Assembly (NCBI GenBank): GCA_050996395.1
Contig: JBPCRX010000127.1
Location: forward strand, 1 to 44,643
DNA length: 44,643 nucleotides
From: Nocardioidaceae bacterium
GTDB taxonomy: Bacteria; Actinomycetota; Actinomycetes; Propionibacteriales; Nocardioidaceae
Direction: 5' to 3'
Of this stretch, positions 17,114 through 24,960 are shown in pieces; the stretch's first letter is position 1; each line of letters opens with the position of its first letter. Made by a program: the position numbers and the translations under genes. The notes below the pieces were generated by a model. The model ran no database searches. It was given only the letters and a program-made list of their open reading frames with translations, and was not told the origin of the DNA.

Positions 17114-17187
17114 AGGGCGGTAGCTCAGCTGGTCAGAGCAGAGGACTCATAATCCTTGGGTCGTGGGTTCGAGCCCCACCCGCCCTA
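17114..17187 (+). tRNA. tRNA-Met (anticodon CAT; a lysidine-modified tRNA-Ile2 cannot be excluded from sequence alone)
   Basis: AGGGCGGTAGCTCAGCTGGTCAGAGCAGAGGACTCATAATCCTTGGGTCGTGGGTTCGAGCCCCACCCGCCCTA. Acceptor AGGGCGG/CCGCCCT, anticodon loop CTCATAA, T arm GTGGG-TTCGAGC-CCCAC. Confidence 0.9.
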
Positions 17188-17339
17188 CGAGGCTCGTGTG
17201 CGATCTCGGCTGATGTTGGTCGGTCTGTGAGTCGCCGAAGTCTCACGCAGTCTCGGTTGATGGTGTCGCCGTCTCGGTTGATCCTTGACACTCCCTTGAC
17301 ATCGCCGGGGGGCGTCTGCGGCGGGACCGGGCGGCCCTG

Positions 17340-17612
17340 TCACGGGCGAATGTCTAGGCCCTGACGGCACTGCAGCCCGCGGCAGTTCTTCAGCAGAGTC
17401 AAGAGCTTCGAGAGACGGGACACCGCAGGACGGGAAGCGCGGGCGCCGGCGACGTTGGTCAGCTCGGCCGGGTCGACCCGCAGGTCGTAGTACTCCCGCT
17501 CTCCCGTCGCGTAGCGGACATAGACCTTGTCGCTCGGGGTTCGCACTCCCCAGTAATAGCGGTTCCGCCTGTCGACCGGCGCAGTAGCACGCGTCAGCTC
17601 AGCGACACCCGC
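17340..17612 (-). CDS. sulfatase, C-terminal segment downstream of the in-frame TAG (the ORF-track piece is 17340..17546)
   Basis: Same frame as 17613..18902, with no other stop between them. Contains ...KVYVRYATGEREYYDLRVDPAELTNV, the sulfatase C-terminal E-x-Y-D-L-x-x-D-P-x-E motif. Confidence 0.65.
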   Translation of the reverse strand, partial: AGVAELTRATAPVDRRNRYYWGVRTPSDKVYVRYATGEREYYDLRVDPAELTNVAGARASRPAVSRLSKLLTLLKNCRGLQCRQGLDIRP

Positions 17613-18902
17613 CTAGAGAACGATCGAGCGGTGCGAGAGGAAGCGGGGATCCCCGGCGATCGGCTGCAGCGCTGCTCCGTCGAGCGTCCGGGTCGGCGTG
17701 GCGCGGGCGGCCCTGAGGAAGGTAGGAGCGAGGTCTGCGAGGCTGACGAGCTGGTGCGCTTTCGTACCCGCGGGGAAGCCCGGACCGCGGACCAGCAGCG
17801 GAACATGCGTGGCTTCCTCGTACGGGACGCTCTTGCCGTGCCAGCGGTGCTCCCCGAGCAAGAACCCGTTGTCTGAGGTGAACACGATCATGGTGTTGTC
17901 GAGCTCGCCGCTGATTTTGAGTTTCTGCACAAAGGAGGCGACGGCTTCGTCGACGCTCAACAGCGACTCAGTTCGCTGTTGCCACGTCTCGACCATCCGG
18001 GGCCAGCTCCGCCGCGCAAGTCCACGCAGGTACGCCGGCTTGTCGCTCATGTCCGCCTCGTTGAAGCTGGCCGGCTTTGGCGGGATGGTCGAGGCGAGAG
18101 CATCGCGAAAGGCGTCGGCCACGTTCGGCGTCGGCACGTGCGGAGGATCGTCGGCTTCCCTCGGCTTTCCGGAGTGCGGCGCCACGAATGAGACGTACAT
18201 GAAGAATGGCCGCCGGCGTGCGGCATACGTCGCGATCGCTCTGCGCGCTTGGGCGGCCACCTCCGTGGTTTGGTATCTGTCCTCGAAGGTGACTCGCCTG
18301 CCGTTGCGGTTCATGTCCCACGTGCGGTACTGCAGCTCGGTGAGAACCCCCCGCCAGTCCGACCACCCGGGCGGCAGGTAGTCCCCTATCTTTTTGTACT
18401 GATTGAGGTACTTCCCGATCAGCATGGTGTTGTACCCGGAACGCTGAAGCCAGACGGGGAGGGTCTGCTTGTCGCGGAACGCTGTGACTCCCCCGAGCGG
18501 AGCCTTGTTGCTCATCACGCCGTGGTTGTGCGGATACTGCCCGCTCAGAATCGTTGCCCGCGCGGGGCAGCAAAGTGGATAGGGCACGAAAGCCCGATCG
18601 AACCTCACTCCTCGATCAGCGATGAGGTGGTTGACCGACTCCAGGTATGGCAACTCGTCCATCGACATGTCGTCCACCAGAACGAACAAGATGTTCGGGC
18701 GACTCGTGACTTTGCTCGCCGCCTCCTGCCGGGCAGCGGACGACGGGCTGGTGATCCGGAGAGGCGAGTGCTTGTAGGGCGCCGGCAACGTCTCGGCGTG
18801 TCCGTAATCAGCACTTGGCGTCGCAAGCAGCGTGACCAAACAGCCGACCCCCAACCACAGGCATGTCCGGTTCCGCACCGAACCACGCGTTCTCCACTTC
18901 AC
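17613..18902 (-). CDS. Cys-type sulfatase (arylsulfatase family), N-terminal 429 aa ending at in-frame TAG 17613-17615
   Basis: Signal-peptide-like N-terminus. NILFVLVDDMS metal site, formylglycine motif CCPARATILSG, and DNGFLLGEH. Confidence 0.8.
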   Translation of the reverse strand: MKWRTRGSVRNRTCLWLGVGCLVTLLATPSADYGHAETLPAPYKHSPLRITSPSSAARQEAASKVTSRPNILFVLVDDMSMDELPYLESVNHLIADRGVRFDRAFVPYPLCCPARATILSGQYPHNHGVMSNKAPLGGVTAFRDKQTLPVWLQRSGYNTMLIGKYLNQYKKIGDYLPPGWSDWRGVLTELQYRTWDMNRNGRRVTFEDRYQTTEVAAQARRAIATYAARRRPFFMYVSFVAPHSGKPREADDPPHVPTPNVADAFRDALASTIPPKPASFNEADMSDKPAYLRGLARRSWPRMVETWQQRTESLLSVDEAVASFVQKLKISGELDNTMIVFTSDNGFLLGEHRWHGKSVPYEEATHVPLLVRGPGFPAGTKAHQLVSLADLAPTFLRAARATPTRTLDGAALQPIAGDPRFLSHRSIVL

Positions 18903-19035
18903 GCGCTTTCACCCCATCCGAAGCCGCTCGCTGCGACGCTACTCCTGCGGCTCCATGCGGCTCCATGCGATCCGTGGTCACCCTTCCGTAAGGGTCTGCT
19001 CGAGGGCATTCGGCCGGCCGGAGACTAGCATCGGG

Positions 19036-19218
19036 ATGCAGGAGGTGTTGGTGTTCGACTTGGTGAATGTGCACACGCCGCTGGCCGTCGCTCTGCTTGC
19101 ACTGGCACTCATATTGTTGGTCGGTGGGATCTTTGTCGCCGTTCGGGTGATGGGCCATCGCGACGGCGAACCGGAGTCACCTGGCCAGACCCGACGGCCA
19201 CCAGACAACCACCTCTGA
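19036..19218 (+). CDS. small hypothetical membrane protein (one TM helix)
   Basis: Candidate starts are ATG 19036 (itself overlapping the AGGAGG) or GTG 19051, which lies 5 nt after AGGAGG. Hydrophobic stretch PLAVALLALALILLVGGIFVAV. No homology recognised. Confidence 0.3.
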   Translation: MQEVLVFDLVNVHTPLAVALLALALILLVGGIFVAVRVMGHRDGEPESPGQTRRPPDNHL

Positions 19219-19229
19219 CGTCGCCGCAT

Positions 19230-19310
19230 TCAGAAGGGCATGGCCACGATCCGCCGCCCTCGTCTTGCGGCCAGTTGCGCCGCGACACCGTCCTGATCGT
19301 CATCACCCGG
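19230..19310 (-). pseudogene. fragment of an aldo/keto reductase 3' end (degenerate copy of 20614-20634 plus 20846-20900)
   Basis: TCAGAAGGGCATGGCCACGAT matches TCAGAAGGGCATGGCGACGAA at 20614. The following ...CTTGCGGCCAGTTGCGCCGCGACACCGTCCTGATCGTCATCA matches 20855-20897 nearly exactly. About 210 bp between the two blocks is missing and the frame is broken. Confidence 0.75.
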
Positions 19311-19441
19311 CTTCTGATCTCTTGGGCCTGCTGGCCATTGGTCGACCCGAGCACGAGGACGCTCCTTGTCCGCGTCAAGGAACCGATCGGACAGCGGAGG
19401 TGCTCGTATAGGTAAGGTCCCCTAGCTACTGAGGAACTAGC

Positions 19442-19963
19442 GTGAGGCGCGACGACGAGGAGTACAAGGGCTTCGTTGTCGCGCGCTACCGCACCTTGGT
19501 CCGAGCGGCGGTGCTCTTCGGCTGCAGTAGTCAAGACGCTGAGGACGCAGTTCAGGACGCCTTGATCAAATGCTACGCAGCTTGGCCCCGCGTCAGCGCT
19601 GCCAACGACCCGGACGCGTACGTCTACCGGGTCCTCGTCAACGGGATCACGCGCGGTTGGCGTCGCAAGTGGCGCGGCGAGGCACCGCATGGGGAGGTAC
19701 CTGAGCCAGCCCCGGTCGACGACCCCGCCGTCGCTGTCACAGTGAGTCATACCGTTCGGGCAGCGCTCGCACGGCTGGAGCTGGAGCAGCGACAAGTACT
19801 CGTACTGCGGTACTTCGCGGATCTCACCGAGAACCAGATCGCCGCCATCCTCGGAATAGCGCAGGGCACCGTCAAGAGCCGAGCGTCCCGAGCGATCGCA
19901 TCTCTCTCAACGGACACGTCACTCAGCGAGCTGTTGTTCGCCCCTCACGAGGAGGACGGATGA
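19442..19963 (+). CDS. ECF-type RNA polymerase sigma-70 factor (actinobacterial SigE-family)
   Basis: Region 2: AEDAVQDALIKCYAAWPRV...DPDAYVYRVLVN. Region 4: LELEQRQVLVLRYFADLTENQIAAILGIAQGTVKSRASRA. GTG start 5 nt after GAGGAA. Confidence 0.85.
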   Translation: MRRDDEEYKGFVVARYRTLVRAAVLFGCSSQDAEDAVQDALIKCYAAWPRVSAANDPDAYVYRVLVNGITRGWRRKWRGEAPHGEVPEPAPVDDPAVAVTVSHTVRAALARLELEQRQVLVLRYFADLTENQIAAILGIAQGTVKSRASRAIASLSTDTSLSELLFAPHEEDG

Positions 19964-20586
19964 TTTCAGACCGTGATGTGGCAGCTCTGCTGCGAGCGGC
20001 GACCGATGATCTCGAGATACCCAGTGCTCCGGCTGAAGCACTGGCCGAGGCAGGCCACCACAAGCTGCTCAGGCGCAATGCTGGCGGTGCCGCAGCTGCC
20101 GTGGCAGCAGTGGCTGCGGTCGCATTCGGCAGTACGCTGACGGGCGGATCGCAACAGAACCCTCCGACAACGGCGGCGCCCTCCCCCGCGAGCGCGCCGC
20201 CGCCCGCGGATTGCCTCACCACGGTTCCCGATGCCGTGCTGCCCGAATGGGCACGAGCAGGTTTCAGCGATCGCAAGCCTCGGATTGCCTACGTCCTGGG
20301 CGGAAACGGAAACATCGTCGCGATCCTCTTCGCCCAGCCACTAACCTCACCACCGGCCGCCGACCACAACAACAAGATCTTGTGGGTATCGCGAGTCCCG
20401 CAAGATCCCCTCGGCACACTTCGCATCGACGCGCGGCTCGCAGGCGGTACGTCGACAGTCACTCGCAGAGTTGCCGGAGGACCCGGTCCCTCCATCATCG
20501 ACCTGCCCGAGCCGGGCTGTTGGCACCTGACGCTGCACTGGAATGGTCATGTCGACGGCGTCGACCTCTCCTACTTTCCCCGGTGA
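19960..20586 (+). CDS. membrane-anchored hypothetical protein, possible anti-sigma partner
   Basis: ATGA overlap with the sigma gene. Short cytoplasmic N-terminus, one TM helix (AAAAVAAVAAVAFG), a Pro/Ala linker and an extracytoplasmic domain. The anti-sigma role is inferred from context only. Confidence 0.55.
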   Translation: MISDRDVAALLRAATDDLEIPSAPAEALAEAGHHKLLRRNAGGAAAAVAAVAAVAFGSTLTGGSQQNPPTTAAPSPASAPPPADCLTTVPDAVLPEWARAGFSDRKPRIAYVLGGNGNIVAILFAQPLTSPPAADHNNKILWVSRVPQDPLGTLRIDARLAGGTSTVTRRVAGGPGPSIIDLPEPGCWHLTLHWNGHVDGVDLSYFPR

Positions 20587-20613
20587 GCCTCGGGGGTTCC
20601 TACGACTACTCGG

Positions 20614-21492
20614 TCAGAAGGGCATGGCGACGAACGGGGAACTGTAATCCTCATCGATCGAGAGCTGGCTTTCCGCGTCGGCCATTGAGATACGATCCCG
20701 CTCCGCGGTCAGCAGCATTCCCAGCAGACGGATATCTCCGGCCGTGGGAATTCCTGTGACCTCTTCATGCGCGAGCACCCAGGAAACCGCAGCAGTGATT
20801 CGCTGCTGGTCGTCGTAGGGCTCGTACCACGTCGTGTAGCGCTGATGCCCCTCGCCTTGCGGCCAGTTGCGCCGCGACACCGTCTTGATCGTCATCAGTC
20901 CGGCGTCTTGTCGCAGCACCTCCGCAACGAGCGCCCCATAGTCCGAGCGGTACTGCTCATCGCGCCACAGCACGGGGTTGAGGGGCGTGAGCACCGTGGC
21001 AAAGGGGAACCGGTGCAGCGCCTCAAGGTGCGTCGAGGGCGCAAGGTCTCCGTGGCCGGTGATGCCGATGGCACCGATCAGGCCCTCCTCCTGCGCCCGT
21101 ACCGCAGCCGCCAGAGCTCCGTCAGAACCTGTCGCAACATTTAGCTGTTCGATGTCTCCTACGGCATGCAGCTGAAGCAGGTCGATCCGGTCGGTCTGCA
21201 GCCGCTCGAGGGAGGCGTTGATCTCGCTCCACGCCGCGTCCCGCTCTCGCTTCCCGGTCTTCGTCGCGAGGAAGATACGGCTGCGAATGTCGGCCATCCA
21301 CGGGCCAAGCCGCAGCTCGGCGTCGCCATAGTCGGCCGCGACGTCGAAGTGGTTGATCCCGCCGTCCAACGCCTCCTGAACAGACTGGTCAGCCACCTCC
21401 TGCGTGACGTCACCGAGAGCAGCGGCCCCATAGATCAGCACTGAGCTGTCGTGCCCTAGACGTCCGAGCCTGCGTTTCTCCATGGTCGTCAA
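20614..21492 (-). CDS. aldo/keto reductase
   Basis: RLGRLGHDSSVLIYGAAALG...GINHFDVAADYGDAELRLG, ...IDLLQLH..., 292 aa. Confidence 0.8.
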   Translation of the reverse strand: MTTMEKRRLGRLGHDSSVLIYGAAALGDVTQEVADQSVQEALDGGINHFDVAADYGDAELRLGPWMADIRSRIFLATKTGKRERDAAWSEINASLERLQTDRIDLLQLHAVGDIEQLNVATGSDGALAAAVRAQEEGLIGAIGITGHGDLAPSTHLEALHRFPFATVLTPLNPVLWRDEQYRSDYGALVAEVLRQDAGLMTIKTVSRRNWPQGEGHQRYTTWYEPYDDQQRITAAVSWVLAHEEVTGIPTAGDIRLLGMLLTAERDRISMADAESQLSIDEDYSSPFVAMPF

Positions 21493-21573
21493 CCCTTCGT
21501 TGCCGTCTACTGCGCGAGCATATCGACGTCTGGGCCGGGGCCGGCCGGCGCCGACAAGCGCAGCCGCTTGGCC

Positions 21574-22767
21574 TCAGTCGGTCATACGCCGCAACGCGTG
21601 CGCCTCGAGCTGACGCGCGAGCTCGTCCTGGCTCCAACGCCCCTCGACGGCCTGCCACAGGAGCTGCGCCTGCGTCTGCGGGGCGAGCCCGTCCACCGGT
21701 TGGTCACGGTCGAGGTTAGTGGGGAAGGCGTAACCCTCGGCGGAGGCGGCGACCACATTGGTCAACGCCTGTTGCGTCATACCTGCCGCACGCTGGTCCC
21801 GTAGCACGGGGAAGACGGCATCCACCAGCTGGGCTCGGTTGATGTTCTCCATCGCCCGCCCGAAAGCCGACGACACCTGTAGCAGGTTGGCCATCCGACG
21901 GACGTCTGACGAGCGGTTGTGGCCCGCACCGTGGAACAAGGCCGGGTTGAAGAAAACGGCGTCACCCTTGTCCAGAGGCAGCTGTACGAAGTGGTCCTCG
22001 AAGTAGGCCGTGAACTCCGGCCGGTGGAAGGCGAGGTAGCCGGCGTCGTACTGGTGCGAGTACGGCAGGTAAAGCGTCGGGCCGGTCTCCACCGGCATCT
22101 CCGAGTGCGCAACCGCGCCCTGCAACGTCAGAGCCGGTGACAGCCGGTGCACATGGGCAGGAAACTGAGCGGCCTCCGGCTCGGACATGAAGCCGAGGTG
22201 GTAGTCGCGATGAGCCGTCTGCGCCTCTCCACGAGGGTTGACCACGTTGACCTGGGAGGTGACCTGATAACCCGGCCCCAACCACGCCACCGAGACAAGG
22301 TTGAGAACGTCGTTCGCGTAGTAGTCGACGAAAACCTGCGGATCCCGCACCGCCAGCTTCTCCAGAGCGTTCCAGACCCGGTCGTTCGCACCGGGCTTGG
22401 CGAAGTGGTCCCCCGAAGTGACGTTGCCGGCTCGCTGCTCGGCGATCAGCGCGTGGAAGACAGCCGTCGCTCGGTCAACAACGGAAAGGTCGGTGAAAGC
22501 GCTCTTGAAAACGACGATGCCGGGCCCCTCGGTGAGCGCCCGGACCAGCTCCGCCTGCAGCTCCTGGCGACCAGGCGACGATGAGGAGGCCGCGAGGCGC
22601 TGCGCGTCGTACACGACGACGTTCTGCTCGATGCCGCTCGCCAGCGGGAAGTCCGACTTCGTGGTCTGCGCCTCCACAAGGGCGACGAAGTCCTCGAGGC
22701 GACAATCTGCGCGAGACAACCAGCCTGGTATGACGCCTGCGGCACCTGTGACGAGCGAAGAGGTCAT
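21574..22767 (-). CDS. phytanoyl-CoA dioxygenase (PhyH) family Fe(II)/2-oxoglutarate oxygenase
   Basis: HRDYH (H-x-D) plus distal ...FFNPALFHGAGHN. 397 aa. The overall family assignment rests on pattern recognition. Confidence 0.65.
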   Translation of the reverse strand: MTSSLVTGAAGVIPGWLSRADCRLEDFVALVEAQTTKSDFPLASGIEQNVVVYDAQRLAASSSSPGRQELQAELVRALTEGPGIVVFKSAFTDLSVVDRATAVFHALIAEQRAGNVTSGDHFAKPGANDRVWNALEKLAVRDPQVFVDYYANDVLNLVSVAWLGPGYQVTSQVNVVNPRGEAQTAHRDYHLGFMSEPEAAQFPAHVHRLSPALTLQGAVAHSEMPVETGPTLYLPYSHQYDAGYLAFHRPEFTAYFEDHFVQLPLDKGDAVFFNPALFHGAGHNRSSDVRRMANLLQVSSAFGRAMENINRAQLVDAVFPVLRDQRAAGMTQQALTNVVAASAEGYAFPTNLDRDQPVDGLAPQTQAQLLWQAVEGRWSQDELARQLEAHALRRMTD

Positions 22768-22827
22768 GACAGGTCCTTCGGTGAGGCGAGGCGTTGCAGC
22801 CTGACTTCTCGGATCGCGCGCAAAGGA

Positions 22828-23682
22828 TCAGCCCTTGTCTGCGCCAGCCGTGAGACCGCGGACGAAGTAGCGCTGCAGGCCGAAGAACACCAGAAGCGGG
22901 ACCGTCATCGTGATGAACGCACCTGCGGTGAGGAGCTGCCAACCCTGGCCCAGCTGACCCAGCAGCTGCTGCAGGGTGATGGTGACGGTCTGCGTATCGG
23001 AGTTGTTGATGAAGAGCAGCGCTATCAGCAGGTCGTTCCACACCCACAAGAACTGGAAGATGGCGAAGGATGCCAGTGCTGGCACCGACATCGGCACGAT
23101 GAGCCGCCAGAAGGTCTGGTAGTGGGTGGCTCCGTCGATCTGTGCTGACTCGATCACCGATCTCGGCAGGGTCGCCATGTAGTTGCGGAGGATGTAGATC
23201 GCCATCGGCATACCGAATCCAGTGTGCAGCAGCCAGACGGACAGGAACTGGCCGTTGATCCCGAGCCCGGTATCTCCGAACAGCTTGCTCATGGGCACCA
23301 AGGCGACCTGGAGCGGCACCACCAGGAGCGCGACCACGAGGACGAACAACGTGTCCCGCCCGCGAAACCGGGTGAAGGTGAACGCGTACGCCGCGAAGGC
23401 CGCGAACATGATGGGGATCAACGTCGCCGGGATGGCCACGATGATGCTGTTGAGGAATGCCGACGACATGCCGCTCTTGGACAAGACGTCGTGGTAGTTG
23501 GAGGTGGTCCAGCCGCCGTTGGTGAAGGCGGTCCACCAGCCGCTGCTGTCCACGACGTCCTTGTTGCGGACGGAGGTGATCAGCAGACCGAGCGTGGGGA
23601 TCGACCACGCCGCACAGATCACGAGCAACGCGATGCGGGCGAACCAGCTGCGCGAGGACTCCTTGGTGTCCATGACGGTCAT
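22828..23682 (-). CDS. carbohydrate ABC transporter permease (MalG-like)
   Basis: Six-TM profile and the EAA-type loop ESAQIDGATHYQTFWRLIVP. Confidence 0.85.
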   Translation of the reverse strand: MTVMDTKESSRSWFARIALLVICAAWSIPTLGLLITSVRNKDVVDSSGWWTAFTNGGWTTSNYHDVLSKSGMSSAFLNSIIVAIPATLIPIMFAAFAAYAFTFTRFRGRDTLFVLVVALLVVPLQVALVPMSKLFGDTGLGINGQFLSVWLLHTGFGMPMAIYILRNYMATLPRSVIESAQIDGATHYQTFWRLIVPMSVPALASFAIFQFLWVWNDLLIALLFINNSDTQTVTITLQQLLGQLGQGWQLLTAGAFITMTVPLLVFFGLQRYFVRGLTAGADKG

Positions 23683-24845
23683 CGTGTCTTCTCCTCCTCA
23701 CGGAAGTGGTGCACTTGGTAGAGCAGCACGGGCAACATCGCCACGAGCAGGATCACGACGATCGCCGATGCCTTGCCGGCGTCGGAGTAGGTGAAGATCT
23801 GCTTGAAGAAGTCCAGACCGATCACGCTGGTGCCGTAGAGCCCGTTCGTCAGCACGTACACGACGTCGAACACCTTGAGCACCATGATCAGCACGGTGAT
23901 GAAGACCGTGATGATGGTCCCCTGAATCTGCGGGATGATCACCTGGAAGAAGATCTGCAGCTCCGACGCACCGTCGATGCGCGCAGCCTCAATCGTCTCA
24001 CCGGGGACTCCCTTGATCGCCGAGGACAGCAGCACCATGGCGAAGCCGGTTTGCAACCACAAGACGATGACCATGAGCAACATGTCGTTGAGGTTGAACT
24101 GGTCCTGCTGCAGCCACGTGATCGGGTCGAAGCCCAGCTTGACCACGATCGCGTTGAGCAGCCCGATCTGCGGCTGCCCCTTGGGCTTGTAGGCGTAGAC
24201 GAAGTTCCAGATCGTGGCCGCGCCGACGAAGGAGATGGCCATCGGCAAGAAGATGAGGGACTTGGCGATCTTCTCCCAACGAGCTGACAGCTTGTCAGCG
24301 AGCGTTGCGATCACCGTGCCGATGACGACCGTGACCGCTGGTACGAGTGCCAGCCAGAGCAGGTTGTTGAGCAGCGTGGTCCGGAAGGCCTGGTCACCGA
24401 GGATGGTCCTGAAGTTCTCCAGGCCGATGAACTTGGTGCTGTCGGCGTTGGCGAACGCGTACTCGATGGTCTGCAGCGCGGGATAGAGCAGGAAGACGCC
24501 GAGCACGCCGAACGCCGGGAGCAGGAACGCGTAGGGGATGACACCGAGGGACAACCGTCGTGGCAGGCCCTCCACAGACATGTTGAGGAAGTAGAAGAGC
24601 GCCGCTGCACCGCCGACTCCCCCGATGCTCGCCAGGACCGCCTGCATCAGCTTGGGGATGCTGCTGGCATAGATGGACAGAGCCTGCGACCCGAGGACGA
24701 GCAGATAGATGACCACGACGAGCCCGAGGATGCCCAAGATGAGCTTCCTGGGCGTCGCGCGGGAGTTGGCGGCAGCCGGGGTCGGTGGAGTTGTCATCGG
24801 GATCGCGTCCGCGACTCCGACTTCTCGTACGCTCATGCTCCCCAC
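23679..24845 (-). CDS. carbohydrate ABC transporter permease (MalF-like)
   Basis: EAA loop EAARIDGASELQIFFQVIIP. 4-nt overlap with the downstream permease. The start is uncertain (GTG 24845, ATG 24836 or ATG 24797). Confidence 0.8.
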   Translation of the reverse strand: MGSMSVREVGVADAIPMTTPPTPAAANSRATPRKLILGILGLVVVIYLLVLGSQALSIYASSIPKLMQAVLASIGGVGGAAALFYFLNMSVEGLPRRLSLGVIPYAFLLPAFGVLGVFLLYPALQTIEYAFANADSTKFIGLENFRTILGDQAFRTTLLNNLLWLALVPAVTVVIGTVIATLADKLSARWEKIAKSLIFLPMAISFVGAATIWNFVYAYKPKGQPQIGLLNAIVVKLGFDPITWLQQDQFNLNDMLLMVIVLWLQTGFAMVLLSSAIKGVPGETIEAARIDGASELQIFFQVIIPQIQGTIITVFITVLIMVLKVFDVVYVLTNGLYGTSVIGLDFFKQIFTYSDAGKASAIVVILLVAMLPVLLYQVHHFREEEKTR

Positions 24846-24898
24846 TCTCGGTAGGTCGACGAATCAGAACCGGTCCTGCTGTACAAACTTTGAGCAGT

Positions 24899-24929
24899 GG
24901 TGTGCGGCGCCGGATCGACGCCGCACACC
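24899..24929 (-). terminator. intercistronic stem-loop (11-bp perfect stem GGTGTGCGGCG/CGCCGCACACC, 9-nt loop) after the binding-protein gene
   Basis: Lies 32 nt downstream of the SBP stop on the minus strand and is followed by ACTGCTCAAAGTTTGT. This is the typical attenuator/stabiliser position between SBP and permease genes. Confidence 0.45.
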
Positions 24930-24960
24930 CTCGCAGTTGAGATGTGATGCGGCCCAGGAG

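Noticed and set aside
17285-17301. Doubled TTGACA (a perfect -35 hexamer) as a promoter downstream of tRNA-Met.
   Set aside because: There is no acceptable -10 hexamer 16-18 bp downstream of either copy. No plus-strand gene follows for about 1.7 kb, and the next gene (the sulfatase) converges on it.
19379-19410. GGAAC ... CGTA as an autoregulated ECF-type promoter upstream of the sigma gene.
   Set aside because: The spacing between GGAAC (19379-19383) and CGT (19405) is about 21 nt, longer than the 16-17 nt typical of ECF promoters.
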